Origin: Azolla caroliniana
Lineage: Eukaryota; Plantae; Polypodiophyta
Length of the DNA stretch: 64,000 bases
Direction of reading: 5' to 3'
Assembly: GCA_043228905.1 (NCBI GenBank)
Contig: JBHGNT010000017.1
Span: 1-64,000, forward strand
Below, piece by piece: positions 1 to 15,479 of the stretch (positions are counted from its first letter, which is position 1; each line of letters begins with the position of its first letter). The notes under the pieces were generated by a model, which ran no database searches, had not been told where the DNA came from, and was given only the letters and a program-made list of their open reading frames with translations. The position numbers were made by a program, and so were the translations under genes.

Positions 1-2930
1 CATGTCTCTCAACCTGAGTTTCAAAATCTTCATTTTTTAATTCCATATCATAGCTAGTGTTGTTAGCTTCGATTTGCATGTTTGAACACAAAAATCCGAT
101 ATCACACTCGCCAGGTATGAACATTTTAATTTTCCTACTAGCTCTTCCAAACTCACTCCTCAAATTTGGTAATTTCGTCATCTCTCTCTACCTGAGTTTC
201 TTAATCTTGATTTTTTAATTCCATATCATAGCTAGTGTTCTTAGCTTCGATTCCCAGGTTTGAACACAAAAATCCGATATCACACTCGCCAGGTATGAAC
301 ATTTTAATTTTCCTACTAGCTCTTCCCAACTCACTCCTCAAATTTGGTAATTTCGTCATGTCTCTCGACCTGAGTTTCAAAATCGTGATTTTTTAATTCC
401 ATATCATAGCTAGCGTTGTTAGCTTCGATTCGCATGTTTGAAAACAACAATCCGATATCACACGACCCAGGTATGAACATTTTAATTTACCTACTAGCTC
501 TTCCCAACTCACTCCTCAAATTTGGTAATTTCGTCATGTCTCTCGACCTGAGTTTCAAAATCTTCATGTTTTAATTCCATATCATAGCTAACGTTGTTAG
601 CTTCGATTCGTATGTTTGAACACAAAAATCCGATATCACACTCGCCAGGTATGAACATTTTAATTTACCTACTAGCTCTTCCCAACTCACTCCTCAAATT
701 TGGTAATTTCGTCATTTCTCTCGACCTGATTTTCAAAATCTTCATTTTTTAATTCCATATCATAGCTAGTGTTGTTAGCTTCGATTCGCATGTTTGAACA
801 CAAAATTCTGATATCACACGACCCAGGTATGACCATTTTAATTTACCTACTAGCTCTTCCTAACTCACTCCTCAAATTTGGTAATTTCGTCATGTCTCTC
901 AACCTGAGTTTCAAAATCTTCATTTTTTAATTCCATATCATAGCTAGTGTTGTTAGCTTCGATTTGCATGTTTGAACACAAAAATCCAATCTCACACTCG
1001 TTACGTATGAACATTTTAATTTACCTACTAGCTCTTCCCAACTCACTCCTCAAATTTGGTAATTTCGTCATGTCTCTCAACCTGAGTTTCAAAATCTTCA
1101 TTTTTTAATTCCATATCATAGCTAGTGTTGTTAGCTTCGATTTGCATGTTTGAACACAAAAATCCAATATCACACTCGTTAGGTATGAACATTTTAATTT
1201 ACCTACTAGCTCTTCCCAACTCACTCCTCAAATTTGGTAATTTCGTCATGTCTCTCGACCTGAGTTTCAAAATCTTGATTTTTTAATTCCATATCATAGC
1301 TAGCGTTGTTAGCTTCGATTCGCATGTTTGAACACAAAAATCCGATATCACACGACCCAGGTATGAACATTTTAATTTTCCTAGTAGCTCTTCCCAACTC
1401 ACTCCTCAAATTTGGTAATTTCGTCATGTCTCTCAACCTGAGTTTCAAAATCTTCATTTTTTAATTCCATATCATAGCTAGTGTTGTTAGCTTCGATTCG
1501 CATGTTTGAACACAAAATTCTGATATCACACGACCCAGGTATGACCATTTTAATTTACCTACTAGCTCTTCCTAACTCACTCCTCAAATTTGGTAATTTC
1601 GTCATGTCTCTCAACCTGAGTTTCAAAATCTTCATTTTTTAATTCCATATCATAGCTAGTGTTGTTAGCTTCGATTTGCATGTTTGAACACAAAAATCCG
1701 ATATCACACTCGCCAGGTATGAACATTTTAATTTTCCTACTAGCTCTTCCAAACTCACTCCTCAAATTTGGTAATTTCGTCATCTCTCTCTACCTGAGTT
1801 TCTTAATCTTGATTTTTTAATTCCATATCATAGCTAGTGTTCTTAGCTTCGATTCCCAGGTTTGAACACAAAAATCCGATATCACACTCGCCAGGTATGA
1901 ACATTTTAATTTTCCTACTAGCTCTTCCAAACTCACTCCTCAAATTTGGTAATTTCGTCATGTCTCTCGACCTGAGTTTCAAAATCGTGATTTTTTAATT
2001 CCATATCATAGCTAGCGTTGTTAGCTTCGATTCGCATGTTTGAAAACAACAATCCGATATCACACGACCCAGGTATGAACATTTTAATTTACCTACTAGC
2101 TCTTCCCAACTCACTCCTCAAATTTGGTAATTTCGTCATGTCTCTCGACCTGAGTTTCAAAATCTTCATGTTTTAATTCCATATCATAGCTAACGTTGTT
2201 AGCTTCGATTCGTATGTTTGAACACAAAAATCCGATATCACACTCGCCAGGTATGAACATTTTAATTTACCTACTAGCTCTTCCCAACTCACTCCTCAAA
2301 TTTGGTAATTTCGTCATTTCTCTCGACCTGATTTTCAAAATCTTTATTTTTTAATTCCATATCATAGCTAGTGTTGTTAGCTTCGATTCGCATGTTTGAA
2401 CACAAAATTCTGATATCACACGACCCAGGTATGACCATTTTAATTTACCTACTAGCTCTTCCTAACTCACTCCTCAAATTTGGTAATTTCGTCATGTCTC
2501 TCAACCTGAGTTTCAAAATCTTCATTTTTTAATTCCATATCAAAAGTAGTGTTGTTAGCTTCGATTTGCATGTTTGAACACAAAAATCCAATCTCACACT
2601 CGTTACGTATGAACATTTTAATTTACCTACTAGCTCTTCCCAACTCACTCCTCAAATTTGGTAATTTCGTCATGTCTCTCAACCTGAGTTTCAAAATCTT
2701 CATTTTTTAATTCCATATCATAGCTAGTGTTGTTAGCTTCGATTTGCATGTTTGAACACAAAAATCCAATATCACACTCGTTAGGTATGAACATTTTAAT
2801 TTACCTACTAGCTCTTCCCAACTCACTCCTCAAATTTGGTAATTTCGTCATGTCTCTCGACCTGAGTTTCAAAATCTTGATTTTTTAATTCCATATCATA
2901 GCTAGCGTTGTTAGCTTCGATTCGCATGTT
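1..2930. repeat. Higher-order block duplication, offset 1602 bp (9 monomers); approximate limits
   Basis: The order of variant monomers starting at 1 (AACCTG, then TTCCCAGG, ATCGTG, CTAACG/CGTATG) restarts at 1603. Confidence 0.75.
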
Positions 2931-5696
2931 TGAAAACAACAATCCGATATCACACGACCCAGGTATGAACATTTTAATTTACCTACTAGCTCTTCCCAAC
3001 TCACTCCTCAAATTTGGTAATTTCGTCATGTCTCTCGACCTGAGTTTCAAAATCTTCATGTTTTAATTCCATATCATAGCTAACGTTGTTAGCTTCGATT
3101 CGTATGTTTGAACACAAAAATCCGATATCACACTCGCCAGGTATGAACATTTTAATTTACCTACTAGCTCTTCCCAACTCACTCCTCAAATTTGGTAATT
3201 TCGTCATTTCTCTCGACCTGATTTTCAAAATCTTTATTTTTTAATTCCATATCATAGCTAGTGTTGTTAGCTTCGATTTGCATGTTTGAACACAAAAATC
3301 CAATCTCACACTCGTTACGTATGAACATTTTAATTTACCTACTAGCTCTTCCCAACTCACTCCTCAAATTTGGTAATTTCGTCATGTCTCTCAACCTGAG
3401 TTTCAAAATCTTCATTTTTTAATTCCATATCATAGCTAGTGTTGTTAGCTTCGATTTGCATGTTTGAACACAAAAATCCAATATCACACTCGTTAGGTAT
3501 GAACATTTTAATTTACCTACTAGCTCTTCCCAACTCACTCCTCAAATTTGGTAATTTCGTCATGTCTCTCGACCTGAGTTTCAAAATCTTGATTTTTTAA
3601 TTCCATATCATAGCTAGCGTTGTTAGCTTCGATTCGCATGTTTGAAAACAACAATCCGATATCACACGACCCAGGTATGAACATTTTAATTTACCTACTA
3701 GCTCTTCCCAACTCACTCCTCAAATTTGGTAATTTCGTCATGTCTCTCGACCTGAGTTTCAAAATCTTCATGTTTTAATTCCATATCATAGCTAACGTTG
3801 TTAGCTTCGATTCGTATGTTTGAACACAAAAATCCGATATCACACTCGCCAGGTATGAACATTTTAATTTACCTACTAGCTCTTCCCAACTCACTCCTCA
3901 AATTTGGTAATTTCGTCATTTCTCTCGACCTGATTTTCAAAATCTTTATTTTTTAATTCCATATCATAGCTAGTGTTGTTAGCTTCGATTCGCATGTTTG
4001 AACACAAAATTCTGATATCACACGACCCAGGTATGACCATTTTAATTTACCTACTAGCTCTTCCTAACTCACTCCTCAAATTTGGTAATTTCGTCATGTC
4101 TCTCAACCTGAGTTTCAAAATCTTCATTTTTTAATTCCATATCATAGCTAGTGTTGTTAGCTTCGATTTGCATGTTTGAACACAAAAATCCAATCTCACA
4201 CTCGTTAGGTATGAACATTTTAATTTACCTACTAGCTCTTCCCAACTCACTCCTCAAATTTGGTAATTTCGTCATGTCTCTCGACCTGAGTTTCAAAATC
4301 TTGATTTTTTAATTCCATATCATAGCTAGCGTTGTTAGCTTCGATTCGCATGTTTGAAAACAACAATCCGATATCACACGACCCAGGTATGAACATTTTA
4401 ATTTACCTACTAGCTCTTCCCAACTCACTCCTCAAATTTGGTAATTTCGTCATGTCTCTCGACCTGAGTTTCAAAATCTTCATGTTTTAATTCCATATCA
4501 TAGCTAACGTTGTTAGCTTCGATTCGTATGTTTGAACACAAAAATCCGATATCACACTCGCCAGGTATGAACATTTTAATTTTCCTACTAGCTCTTCCAA
4601 ACTCACTCCTCAAATTTGGTAATTTCGTCATCTCTCTCTACCTGAGTTTCTTAATCTTGATTTTTTAATTCCATATCATAGCTAGTGTTCTTAGCTTCGA
4701 TTCCCAGGTTTGAACACAAAAATCCGATATCACACTCGCCAGGTATGAACATTTTAATTTTCCTACTAGCTCTTCCAAACTCACTCCTCAAATTTGGTAA
4801 TTTCGTCATCTCTCTCTACCTGAGTTTCTTAATCTTGATTTTTTAATTCCATATCATAGCTAGTGTTCTTAGCTTCGATTCCCAGGTTTGAACACAAAAA
4901 TCCGATATCACACGACCCAGGTATGAACATTTTAATTTTCCTACTAGCTCTTCCAAACTCACTCCTCAGATTTGGTAATTTCGTCATGTCTCTCGACCTG
5001 AGTTTCAAAATCTTGATTTTTTAATTCCATATCATAGCTAGCGTTGTTAGCTTCGATTCGCATGTTTGAAAACAAGAATCCGATATCACACGACCTAGGT
5101 ATGAACATTTTAATTTACCTACTAGCTCTTCTAAACTCACTCCTCAAATTTGGTAATTTCGTCATCTCTCTCTACCTGAGTTTCTTAATCTTGATTTTTT
5201 AATTCCATATCATAGCTAGTGTTCTTAGCTTCAATTCGCATGTTTGAACACAAGAATCCGATATCACACGACCCAGGTATGAACATTTTAAATTACCTAC
5301 TAGCTCTTCCCAACTCACTCCTCAAATTTGGTAATTTCGTCATGTCTCTCGACCTGAGTTTCAAAATCGTGATTTTTTAATTCCATATTATAGCTAGCGT
5401 TGTTATCTTCAATTCGCATGTTTGAAAACAAGAATCCGATATCACACGACCCAGGTATGAAAATTTTAATTTACCTACTAGCTCTTCCCAACTCACTCCT
5501 CAAATTTGGTAATTTCATCATGTCTCTCGACCTGAGTTTCAAAATCTTGATTTTTTAATTCCATATCATAGCTAGTGTTGTTAGCTTCGATTCGCATGTT
5601 TGAACACAAAATTCTGATATCACCCTCCCCAGGTATGACCATTTTAATTTACCTACTAGCTCTTCCCAACTCACTCCTCAAATTTGGTAATTTCGT

Positions 5697-8600
5697 CATG
5701 TCTCTCGACCTGAGTTTCAAAATCTTGATTTTTTAATTCCATATCATAGCTAGTGTTGTTAGCTTCGATTCGCATGTTTGAACACAAAATTCTGATATCA
5801 CCCTCCCCAGGTATGACCATTTTAATTTACCTACTAGCTCTTCCCAACTCACTCCTCAAATTTGGTAATTTCGTCATGTCTCTCGACCTGAGTTTCAAAA
5901 TCTTGATTTTTTAATTCCATATCATAGCTAGCGTTGTTAGCTTAGATTCGCATGTTTGAACACAAAAATCCGATATCACACGACCCAGGTATGAACATTT
6001 TAATTTACCTACTAGCTCTTCCCAACTCACTCCTCAAATTTGGTAATTTCATCATGTCTCTCGACCTGAGTTTCAAAATCATTATTTTTTAATTCCATAT
6101 CATAGCTAGCACTGTTAGCTTCGATTCGCATGTTTGAACACAAAAATCCGATATCACACTCACTAGGTATGAACATTTTAATTTACTCAAGGGCTCTTCC
6201 CAACTCCCTCGTCACGATTTCTAATTTCGTCATGTCTCTCGACCTGAGTTTAAAAATCTTGATTTTTTAATTCCATATCATAGCTAGCATTGTTAGCTTC
6301 GATTCGCATGTTTGAAAACAAGAATCCGATATCACACAACCCAGGTATGAACATTTTAATTTACCTACTAGCTCTTCCCAACTCACTCCTCAAATTTGGT
6401 AGTTTCATCATGTCTCTCGACCTGAGTTTCAAAATCTTGATTTTTTAATTCCATATCATAGCTAGCGTTGTTAGCTTCGATTCGCATGTTTGAAAACAAG
6501 AATCCGATATCACACGACCTAGGTCTGAACATTTTAATTTACCTACTAGCTCTTCCCAACTCACTCCTCAAATTTGGTAATTTCGTCATGTCTCTCGACC
6601 TGAGTTTCAAAATCTTGATTTTTTAATTCCATATCATAGCTAGCGTTGTTAGCTTCGATTCGCATGTTTGAAAACAACAATCCGATATCACACGACCCAG
6701 GTATGAACATTTTAATTTACCTACTAGCTCTTCTAAACTCACTCCTCAAATTTGGTAATTTCGTCATCTCTCTCTACCTGAGTTTCTTAATCTTGATTTT
6801 TTAATTCCATATCATAGCTAGCGTTGTTAGCTTCGATTCTTATGTTTGAACACAAAATTCCGATATCACACGACCCAGGTATGAACATTTTAATTTACCT
6901 ACTAGCTCATCCCAACTCACTCCTCAAATTTGGTAATTTCGTCATGTCTCTCGACCTGAGTTTTAAAATCTTGATTTTTTAATTCCATATTATAGCTAGC
7001 GTTGCTAGCTTCAATTCACATGTTTGAAAACAACAATCCGATATCACACGACCCAGGTATGAACATTATAATTTACCTACTAGATCTTCCCAACTCACTC
7101 CTCAAATTTGGTTATTTCGTCATGTCTCTCGACCTGAGTTTCAAAATCGTGATTTTTTAATTCCATATTATAGCTAGCGTTGTTAGCTTCAATTCGCATG
7201 TTTGAAAACAAGAATCCGATATCACACGACCCAGGTATGAACATTTTAATTTACCTACTAGCTCTTCCCAACTCACTCCTCAAATTTGGTAATTTCATCA
7301 TGTCTCTCGACCTGAGTTTAAAAATCTTGATTTTTTAATTCCATATCATAGCTAGCATTGTTAGCTTCGATTCGCATGTTTGAAAACAAGAATCCGATAT
7401 CACACAACCCAGGTATGAACATTTTAATTTACCTACTAGCTCTTCCCAACTCACTCCTCAAATTTGGTAATTTCGTCATGTCTCTCGACCTGAGTTTCAA
7501 AATCTTGATTTTTTAATTCCATATCATAGCTAGTGTTGTTAGCTTCGATTCGCATGTTTGAACACAAAATTCTGATATCACCCTCCCCAGGTATGACCAT
7601 TTTAATTTACCTACTAGCTCTTCCCAACTCACTCCTCAAATTTGGTAATTTCGTCATGTCTCTCGACCTGAGTTTCAAAATCTTGATTTTTTAATTCCAT
7701 ATCATAGCTAGCGTTGTTAGCTTAGATTCGCATGTTTGAACACAAAAATCCGATATCACACGACCCAGGTATGAACATTTTAATTTACCTACTAGCTCTT
7801 CCCAACTCACTCCTCAAATTTGGTAATTTCATCATGTCTCTCGACCTGAGTTTCAAAATCATTATTTTTTAATTCCATATCATAGCTAGCACTGTTAGCT
7901 TCGATTCGCATGTTTGAACACAAAAATCCGATATCACACTCACTAGGTATGAACATTTTAATTTACTCAAGGGCTCTTCCCAACTCCCTCGTCACGATTT
8001 CTAATTTCGTCATGTCTCTCGACCTGAGTTTAAAAATCTTGATTTTTTAATTCCATATCATAGCTAGCATTGTTAGCTTCGATTCGCATGTTTGAAAACA
8101 AGAATCCGATATCACACAACCCAGGTATGAACATTTTAATTTACCTACTAGCTCTTCCCAACTCACTCCTCAAATTTGGTAGTTTCATCATGTCTCTCGA
8201 CCTGAGTTTCAAAATCTTGATTTTTTAATTCCATATCATAGCTAGCGTTGTTAGCTTCGATTCGCATGTTTGAAAACAAGAATCCGATATCACACGACCT
8301 AGGTCTGAACATTTTAATTTACCTACTAGCTCTTCCCAACTCACTCCTCAAATTTGGTAATTTCGTCATGTCTCTCGACCTGAGTTTCAAAATCTTGATT
8401 TTTTAATTCCATATCATAGCTAGCGTTGTTAGCTTCGATTCGCATGTTTGAAAACAACAATCCGATATCACACGACCCAGGTATGAACATTTTAATTTAC
8501 CTACTAGCTCTTCTAAACTCACTCCTCAAATTTGGTAATTTCGTCATCTCTCTCTACCTGAGTTTCTTAATCTTGATTTTTTAATTCCATATCATAGCTA

Positions 8601-9256
8601 GCGTTGTTAGCTTCGATTCTTATGTTTGAACACAAAATTCCGATATCACACGACCCAGGTATGAACATTTTAATTTACCTACTAGCTCATCCCAACTCAC
8701 TCCTCAAATTTGGTAATTTCGTCATGTCTCTCGACCTGAGTTTTAAAATCTTGATTTTTTAATTCCATATTATAGCTAGCGTTGTTAGCTTCAATTCACA
8801 TGTTTGAAAACAACAATCCGATATCACACGACCCAGGTATGAACATTATAATTTACCTACTAGATCTTCCCAACTCACTCCTCAAATTTGGTTATTTCGT
8901 CATGTCTCTCGACCTGAGTTTCAAAATCGTGATTTTTTAATTCCATATTATAGCTAGCGTTGTTAGCTTCAATTCGCATGTTTGAAAACAAGAATCCGAT
9001 ATCACACGACCCAGGTATGAACATTTTAATTTACCTACTAGCTCTTCCCAACTCACTCCTCAAATTTGGTAATTTCATCATAACTCTCGACCTGAGTTTA
9101 AAAATCTTGATTTTTTAATTCCATATCATAGCTAGCATTGTTAGCTTCGATTCGCATGTTTGAAAACAAGAATCCGATATCACACAACCCAGGTATGAAC
9201 ATTTTAATTTACCTACTAGCTCTTCCCAACTCACTCCTCAAATTTGGTAATTTCGT
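5697..9256. repeat. Tandem duplication of a 10-monomer block (1780 bp)
   Basis: Private variants repeat at a 1780 offset: CTTAGATTCG 5941/7721, AGGTCTGAAC 6521/8301, ACTAGCTCAT 6901/8681. Confidence 0.9.
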
Positions 9257-12049
9257 CATGTCTCTCGACCTGAGTTTCAAAATCTTGATTTTTTAATTCC
9301 ATATCATAGCTAGCGTTGTTAGCTTCAATTCGCATGTTTGAAAACAAGAATCCGATATCACACGACCCAGGTATGAACATTTTAATTTACCTACTAGCTC
9401 TTCCCAACTCACTCTTCATATTTGGTAATTTCGTCATCTCTCTCGACCTGAGTTTCTTAATCTTGATTTTTTAATTCCATATCATAGCTAGTGTTGTTAG
9501 CTTCGATTCGCATGTTTGAACACAAAAATCCGATATCACACGACCCAGGTATGAACATTTTAATTTTCCTACTAGTTCTTCCCAACTCACTCCTCAAATT
9601 TGGTAATTTCGTCATCTCTCTCTACCTGAGTTTCTTAATCCTGATTTTTTAATTCCATATGATAGCTAGTGTTCTTAGCTTCGATTCCCATGTTTGAACA
9701 CAAAAATCGGATATCACACTCGCCAGGTATGAACATTTTAATTTTCCTACTAGCTCTTCCAAACTCACTCCTCAAATTTGGTAATTTCGTCATGTCTCTC
9801 GACCTGAGTTTCAAAATCTTGATTTTTTAATTCCATATTATAGCTAGCGTTGTTAGCTTCAATTCGCATGTTTGAAAACAAGAATCCGATATCACACGAC
9901 CCAGGTATGAACATTTTAATTTACGTAGTAGCTCTTCCCAACTCACTCCTCAAATTTGGTAATTTCGTCATGTCTCTCGACCTGAGTTTCAAAATCGTGA
10001 TTTTTTAATTCCATATTATAGCTAGCGTTGTTAGCTTCAATTCGCATGTTTGAAAACAAGAATCCGATATCACACGACCCAGGTATGAACATTTTAATTT
10101 ACCTACTAGCTCTTCCCAACTCACTCCTCAAATTTGGTAATTTCATCATGTCTCTCGACCTGAGTTTCAAAATCTTGATTTTTTAATTCCATATTATAGC
10201 TAGCGTTGTTAGCTTCAATTCGCATGTTTGAAAACAAGAATCCGATATCATACTGACTAGGTATGAACATTTTAATTTACTCAAGGGCTCTTGTCAACTC
10301 CCTCGTCACGATTTCTAATTTCGTCATGTCTCTCGACCTGAGTTTCTTAATCCTGATTTTTTAATTCCATATGATAGCTAGTGTTCTTAGCTTCGATTCC
10401 CATGTTTGAACACAAAAATCGGATATCACACTCGCCAGGTATGAACATTTTAATTTTCCTACTAGCTCTTCCAAACTCACTCCTCAAATTTGGTAATTTC
10501 GTCATGTCTCTCGACCTGAGTTTCAAAATCTTGATTTTTTAATTCCATATCATAGCTAGCGTTGTTAGCTTCGATTCGCATGTTTGAACACAAAAATCCG
10601 ATATCACACGACCCAGGTATGAACATTTTAATTTACGTAGTAGCTCTTCCCAACTCACTCCTCAAATTTGGTAATTTCGTCATGTCTCTCGACCTGAGTT
10701 TCAAAATCGTGATTTTTTAATTCCATATTATAGCTAGCGTTGTTAGCTTCAATTCGCATGTTTGAAAACAAGAATCCGATATCACACGACCCAGGTATGA
10801 ACATTTTAATTTACCTACTAGCTCTTCCCAACTCACTCCTCAAATTTGGTAATTTCATCATGTCTCTCGACCTGAGTTTCAAAATCTTGATTTTTTAATT
10901 CCATATTATAGCTAGCGTTGTTAGCTTCAATTCGCATGTTTGAAAACAAGAATCCGATATTATACTGACTAGGTATGAACATTTTAATTTACTCAAGGGC
11001 TCTTGTCAACTCCCTCGTCACGATTTCTAATTTCGTCATGTCTCTCGACCTGAGTTTAAAAATCTTGATTTTTTAATTCTATATCATAGCTAGCGTTGTT
11101 CGCTTCGATTCGCATGTTTGAACACAAAATTCCGATATCACACGACCCAGGTATGAACATTTTAATTTACCTACTAGCTCTTCCCAACTCACTCCTCAAA
11201 TTTGGTAATTTCGTCATGTCTCTCGACCTGAGTTTCAAAATCTTGATTTTTTAATTCCATATCATAGCTAGCGTTGTTAGCTTCGATTCGCATGTTTGGA
11301 AACAAGAATCCGATATCACACGACCTAGGTATGAACATTTTAATTTACCTACTAGCTCTTCCAAACTCACTCCTCAAATTTGGTAATTTCGTCATGTCTC
11401 TCGACCTGAGTTTCAAAATCTTGATTTTTTAATTCCATATTATAGCTAGCATTGTTAGCTTCAATTCGCATGTTTGAAAACAAGAATCCGATATCACACG
11501 ACCCAGGTATGAACATTTTTATTTACCTACTAGCTCTTCCCAACTCACTCCTCAAATTTGGTAATTTCGTCATGTCTCTCGACCTGAGTTTCAAAATCTT
11601 GATTTTTTAATTCCATATCATAGCTAGCGTTGTTAGCTTCGATTCGCATGTTTGAAAACAAGAATCCGATATCACACTCACTAGGTATGAACATTTTAAT
11701 TTACTCAAGGGCTCTTCCCAACTCCCTCGTCACGATTTCTAATTTCGTCATGTCTCTCGACCTGAGTTTAAAAATCTTGATTTTTTAATTCCATATCATA
11801 GCTAGCATTGTTAGCTTCGATTCGCATGTTTGAAAACAAGAATCCGATATCACACAACCCAGGTATGAACATTTTAATTTACCTACTAGCTCTTCCCAAC
11901 TCACTCCTCAAATTTGGTAATTTCGTCATGTCTCTCGACCTGAGTTTCAAAATCTTGATTTTTTAATTCCATATCATAGCTAGCGTTGTTAGGTTCGATT
12001 CGCATGTTTGAACACAAAAATCCGATATCACACCACCTAGGTATGAACA

Positions 12050-15000
12050 TTTTAATTTACCTACTAGCTCTTCCAAACTCACTCCTCAAATTTGGTAATT
12101 TCGTCATGTCTCTCGACCTGAGTTTCAAAATCTTGATTTTTTAATTCCATATTATAGCTAGCATTGTTAGCTTCAATTCGCATGTTTGAAAACAAGCATC
12201 CGATATCACACGACCCAGGTATGAACATTTTTATTTACCTACTAGCTCTTCCCAACTCACTCCTCAAATTTGGTAATTTCGTCATGTCTCTCGACCTGAG
12301 TTTCAAAATCTTGATTTTTTAATTCCATATCATAGCTAGCGTTGTTAGCTTCAATTCGCATGTTTGAAAACAAGAATCCGATATCATACTGACTAGGTAT
12401 GAACATTTTAATTTACTCAAGGGCTCTTGTCAACTCCCTCGTCACGATTTCTAATTTCGTCATGTCTCTCGACCTGAGTTTAAAAATCTTGATTTTTTAA
12501 TTCCATATCATAGCTAGCGTTGTTAGCTTCGATTCGCATGTTTGAACACAAAATTCTGATATCACACGACCCAGGTATGAACATTTTAATTTACGTAGTA
12601 GCTCTTCCCAACTCACTCCTCAAATTTGGTAATTTCGTGATTTCTCTCGACCTGAGTTTAAAATCTTGATTTTTTAAATCCATATCATAGCTAGCGTTGT
12701 TAGCTTCGATTCGCATGTTTGAACACAAGAATCCGATATCACAAGACCCAGGTATGAACATTTTAAATTACCTACTAGCTCTTCCCAACTCACTCCTCAA
12801 ATTTGGTAATATCGTCATTTCTCTCGACCTGATTTTCAAAATCTTTATTTTTTAATTCCATATCATAGCTAGTGTTGTTAGCTTCGATTCGCATGTTTGA
12901 ACACAAAATTCTGATATCACACGACCCAGGTATGACCATTTTAATTTACCTACTAGCTCTTCCTAACTCACTCCTCAAATTTGGTAATTTCGTCATGTCT
13001 CTCAACCTGAGTTTCAAAATCTTCATTTTTTAATTCCATATCATAGCTAGTGTTGTTAGCTTCGATTTGCATGTTTGAACACAAAAATCCAATATCACAC
13101 TCGTTAGGTATGAACATTTTAATTTACCTACTAGCTCTTCCCAACTCACTCCTCAAATTTGGTAATTTCGTCATGTCTCTCGACCTGAGTTTCAAAATCT
13201 TGATTTTTTAATTCCATATCATAGCTAGCGTTGTTAGCTTCGATTCGCATGTTTGAAAACAACAATCCGATATCACACGACCCAGGTATGAACATTTTAA
13301 TTTACCTACTAGCTCTTCCCAACTCACTCCTCAAATTTGGTAATTTCGTCATGTCTCTCGACCTGAGTTTCAAAATCTTCATATTTTAATTCCATATCAT
13401 AGCTAACGTTGTTAGCTTCGATTCGTATGTTTGAACACAAAAATCCGATATCACACTCGCCAGGTATGAACATTTTAATTTACCTACTAGCTCTTCCCAA
13501 CTCACTTCTCAAATTTGGTAATTTCGTCATTTCTCTCGACCTGATTTTCAAAATCTTGATTTTTTAATTCCATATTATAGCTAGTGTTGTTTGCTTCGAT
13601 TCGCATGTTTGAACACAGAATTCTGATATCACACGACCCAGGTATGACCATTTTAATTTACCCACTAGCTCTTCCCAACTCACTCCTCAAATTCGGTAAT
13701 TTCGTCATCTCTCTCTACGTGAGTTTCTTAATCCTAATTTTTTAATTTCATATGATAGCTAGTGTTCTTAGCTTCGATTCCCATGTTTGAACACAAAATC
13801 GGATATCACACTCGCCAGGTATGAACATTCTAATTTACCTACTAGCTCTTCCAAACTCACTCCTCAAATTTGGTAATTTCGTCATGTCTCTCGACCTGAG
13901 TTTCAAAATCTTGATTTTTTAATTCCATATTATAGCTAGCATTGTTAGCTTCAATTCGCATGTTTGAAAACAAGCATCCGATATCACACGACCCAGGTAT
14001 GAACATTTTTATTTACCTACTAGCTCTTCCCAACTCACTCCTCAAATTTGGTAATTTCGTCATGTCTCTCGACCTGAGTTTCAAAATCTTGATTTTTTAA
14101 TTCCATATCATAGCTAGCGTTGTTAGCTTCAATTCGCATGTTTGAAAACAAGAATCCGATATCATACTGACTAGGTATGAACATTTTAATTTACTCAAGG
14201 GCTCTTGTCAACTCCCTCGTCACGATTTCTAATTTCGTCATGTCTCTCGACCTGAGTTTAAAAATCTTGATTTTTTAATTCCATATCATAGCTAGCGTTG
14301 TTAGCTTCGATTCGCATGTTTGAACACAAAATTCTGATATCACACGACCCAGGTATGAACATTTTAATTTACGTAGTAGCTCTTCCCAACTCACTCCTCA
14401 AATTTGGTAATTTCGTGATTTCTCTCGACCTGAGTTTAAAATCTTGATTTTTTAAATCCATATCATAGCTAGCGTTGTTAGCTTCGATTCGCATGTTTGA
14501 ACACAAGAATCCGATATCACAAGACCCAGGTATGAACATTTTAAATTACCTACTAGCTCTTCCCAACTCACTCCTCAAATTTGGTAATATCGTCATTTCT
14601 CTCGACCTGATTTTCAAAATCTTTATTTTTTAATTCCATATCATAGCTAGTGTTGTTAGCTTCGATTCGCATGTTTGAACACAAAATTCTGATATCACAC
14701 GACCCAGGTATGACCATTTTAATTTACCTACTAGCTCTTCCTAACTCACTCCTCAAATTTGGTAATTTCGTCATGTCTCTCAACCTGAGTTTCAAAATCT
14801 TCATTTTTTAATTCCATATCATAGCTAGTGTTGTTAGCTTCGATTTGCATGTTTGAACACAAAAATCCAATATCACACTCGTTAGGTATGAACATTTTAA
14901 TTTACCTACTAGCTCTTCCCAACTCACTCCTCAAATTTGGTAATTTCGTCATGTCTCTCGACCTGAGTTTCAAAATCTTGATTTTTTAATTCCATATCAT

Positions 15001-15330
15001 AGCTAGCGTTGTTAGCTTCGATTCGCATGTTTGAAAACAACAATCCGATATCACACGACCCAGGTATGAACATTTTAATTTACCTACTAGCTCTTCCCAA
15101 CTCACTCCTCAAATTTGGTAATTTCGTCATGTCTCTCGACCTGAGTTTCAAAATCTTCATATTTTAATTCCATATCATAGCTAACGTTGTTAGCTTCGAT
15201 TCGTATGTTTGAACACAAAAATCCGATATCACACTCGCCAGGTATGAACATTTTAATTTACCTACTAGCTCTTCCCAACTCACTTCTCAAATTTGGTAAT
15301 TTCGTCATTTCTCTCGACCTGATTTTCAAA
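12050..15330. repeat. Block duplication, offset 1778 bp (10 monomers minus two 1-bp deletions); approximate limits
   Basis: AAGCATCC at 12194/13972 and AATTTCGTGATTTC at 12631/14409. Confidence 0.85.
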
Positions 15331-15479
15331 ATCTTTATTTTTTAATTCCATATCATAGCTAGTGTTGTTAGCTTCGATTCGCATGTTTGAACACAAAATT
15401 CTGATATCACACGACCCAGGTATGACCATTTTAATTTACCTACTAGCTCTTCCTAACTCACTCCTCAAATTTGGTAATT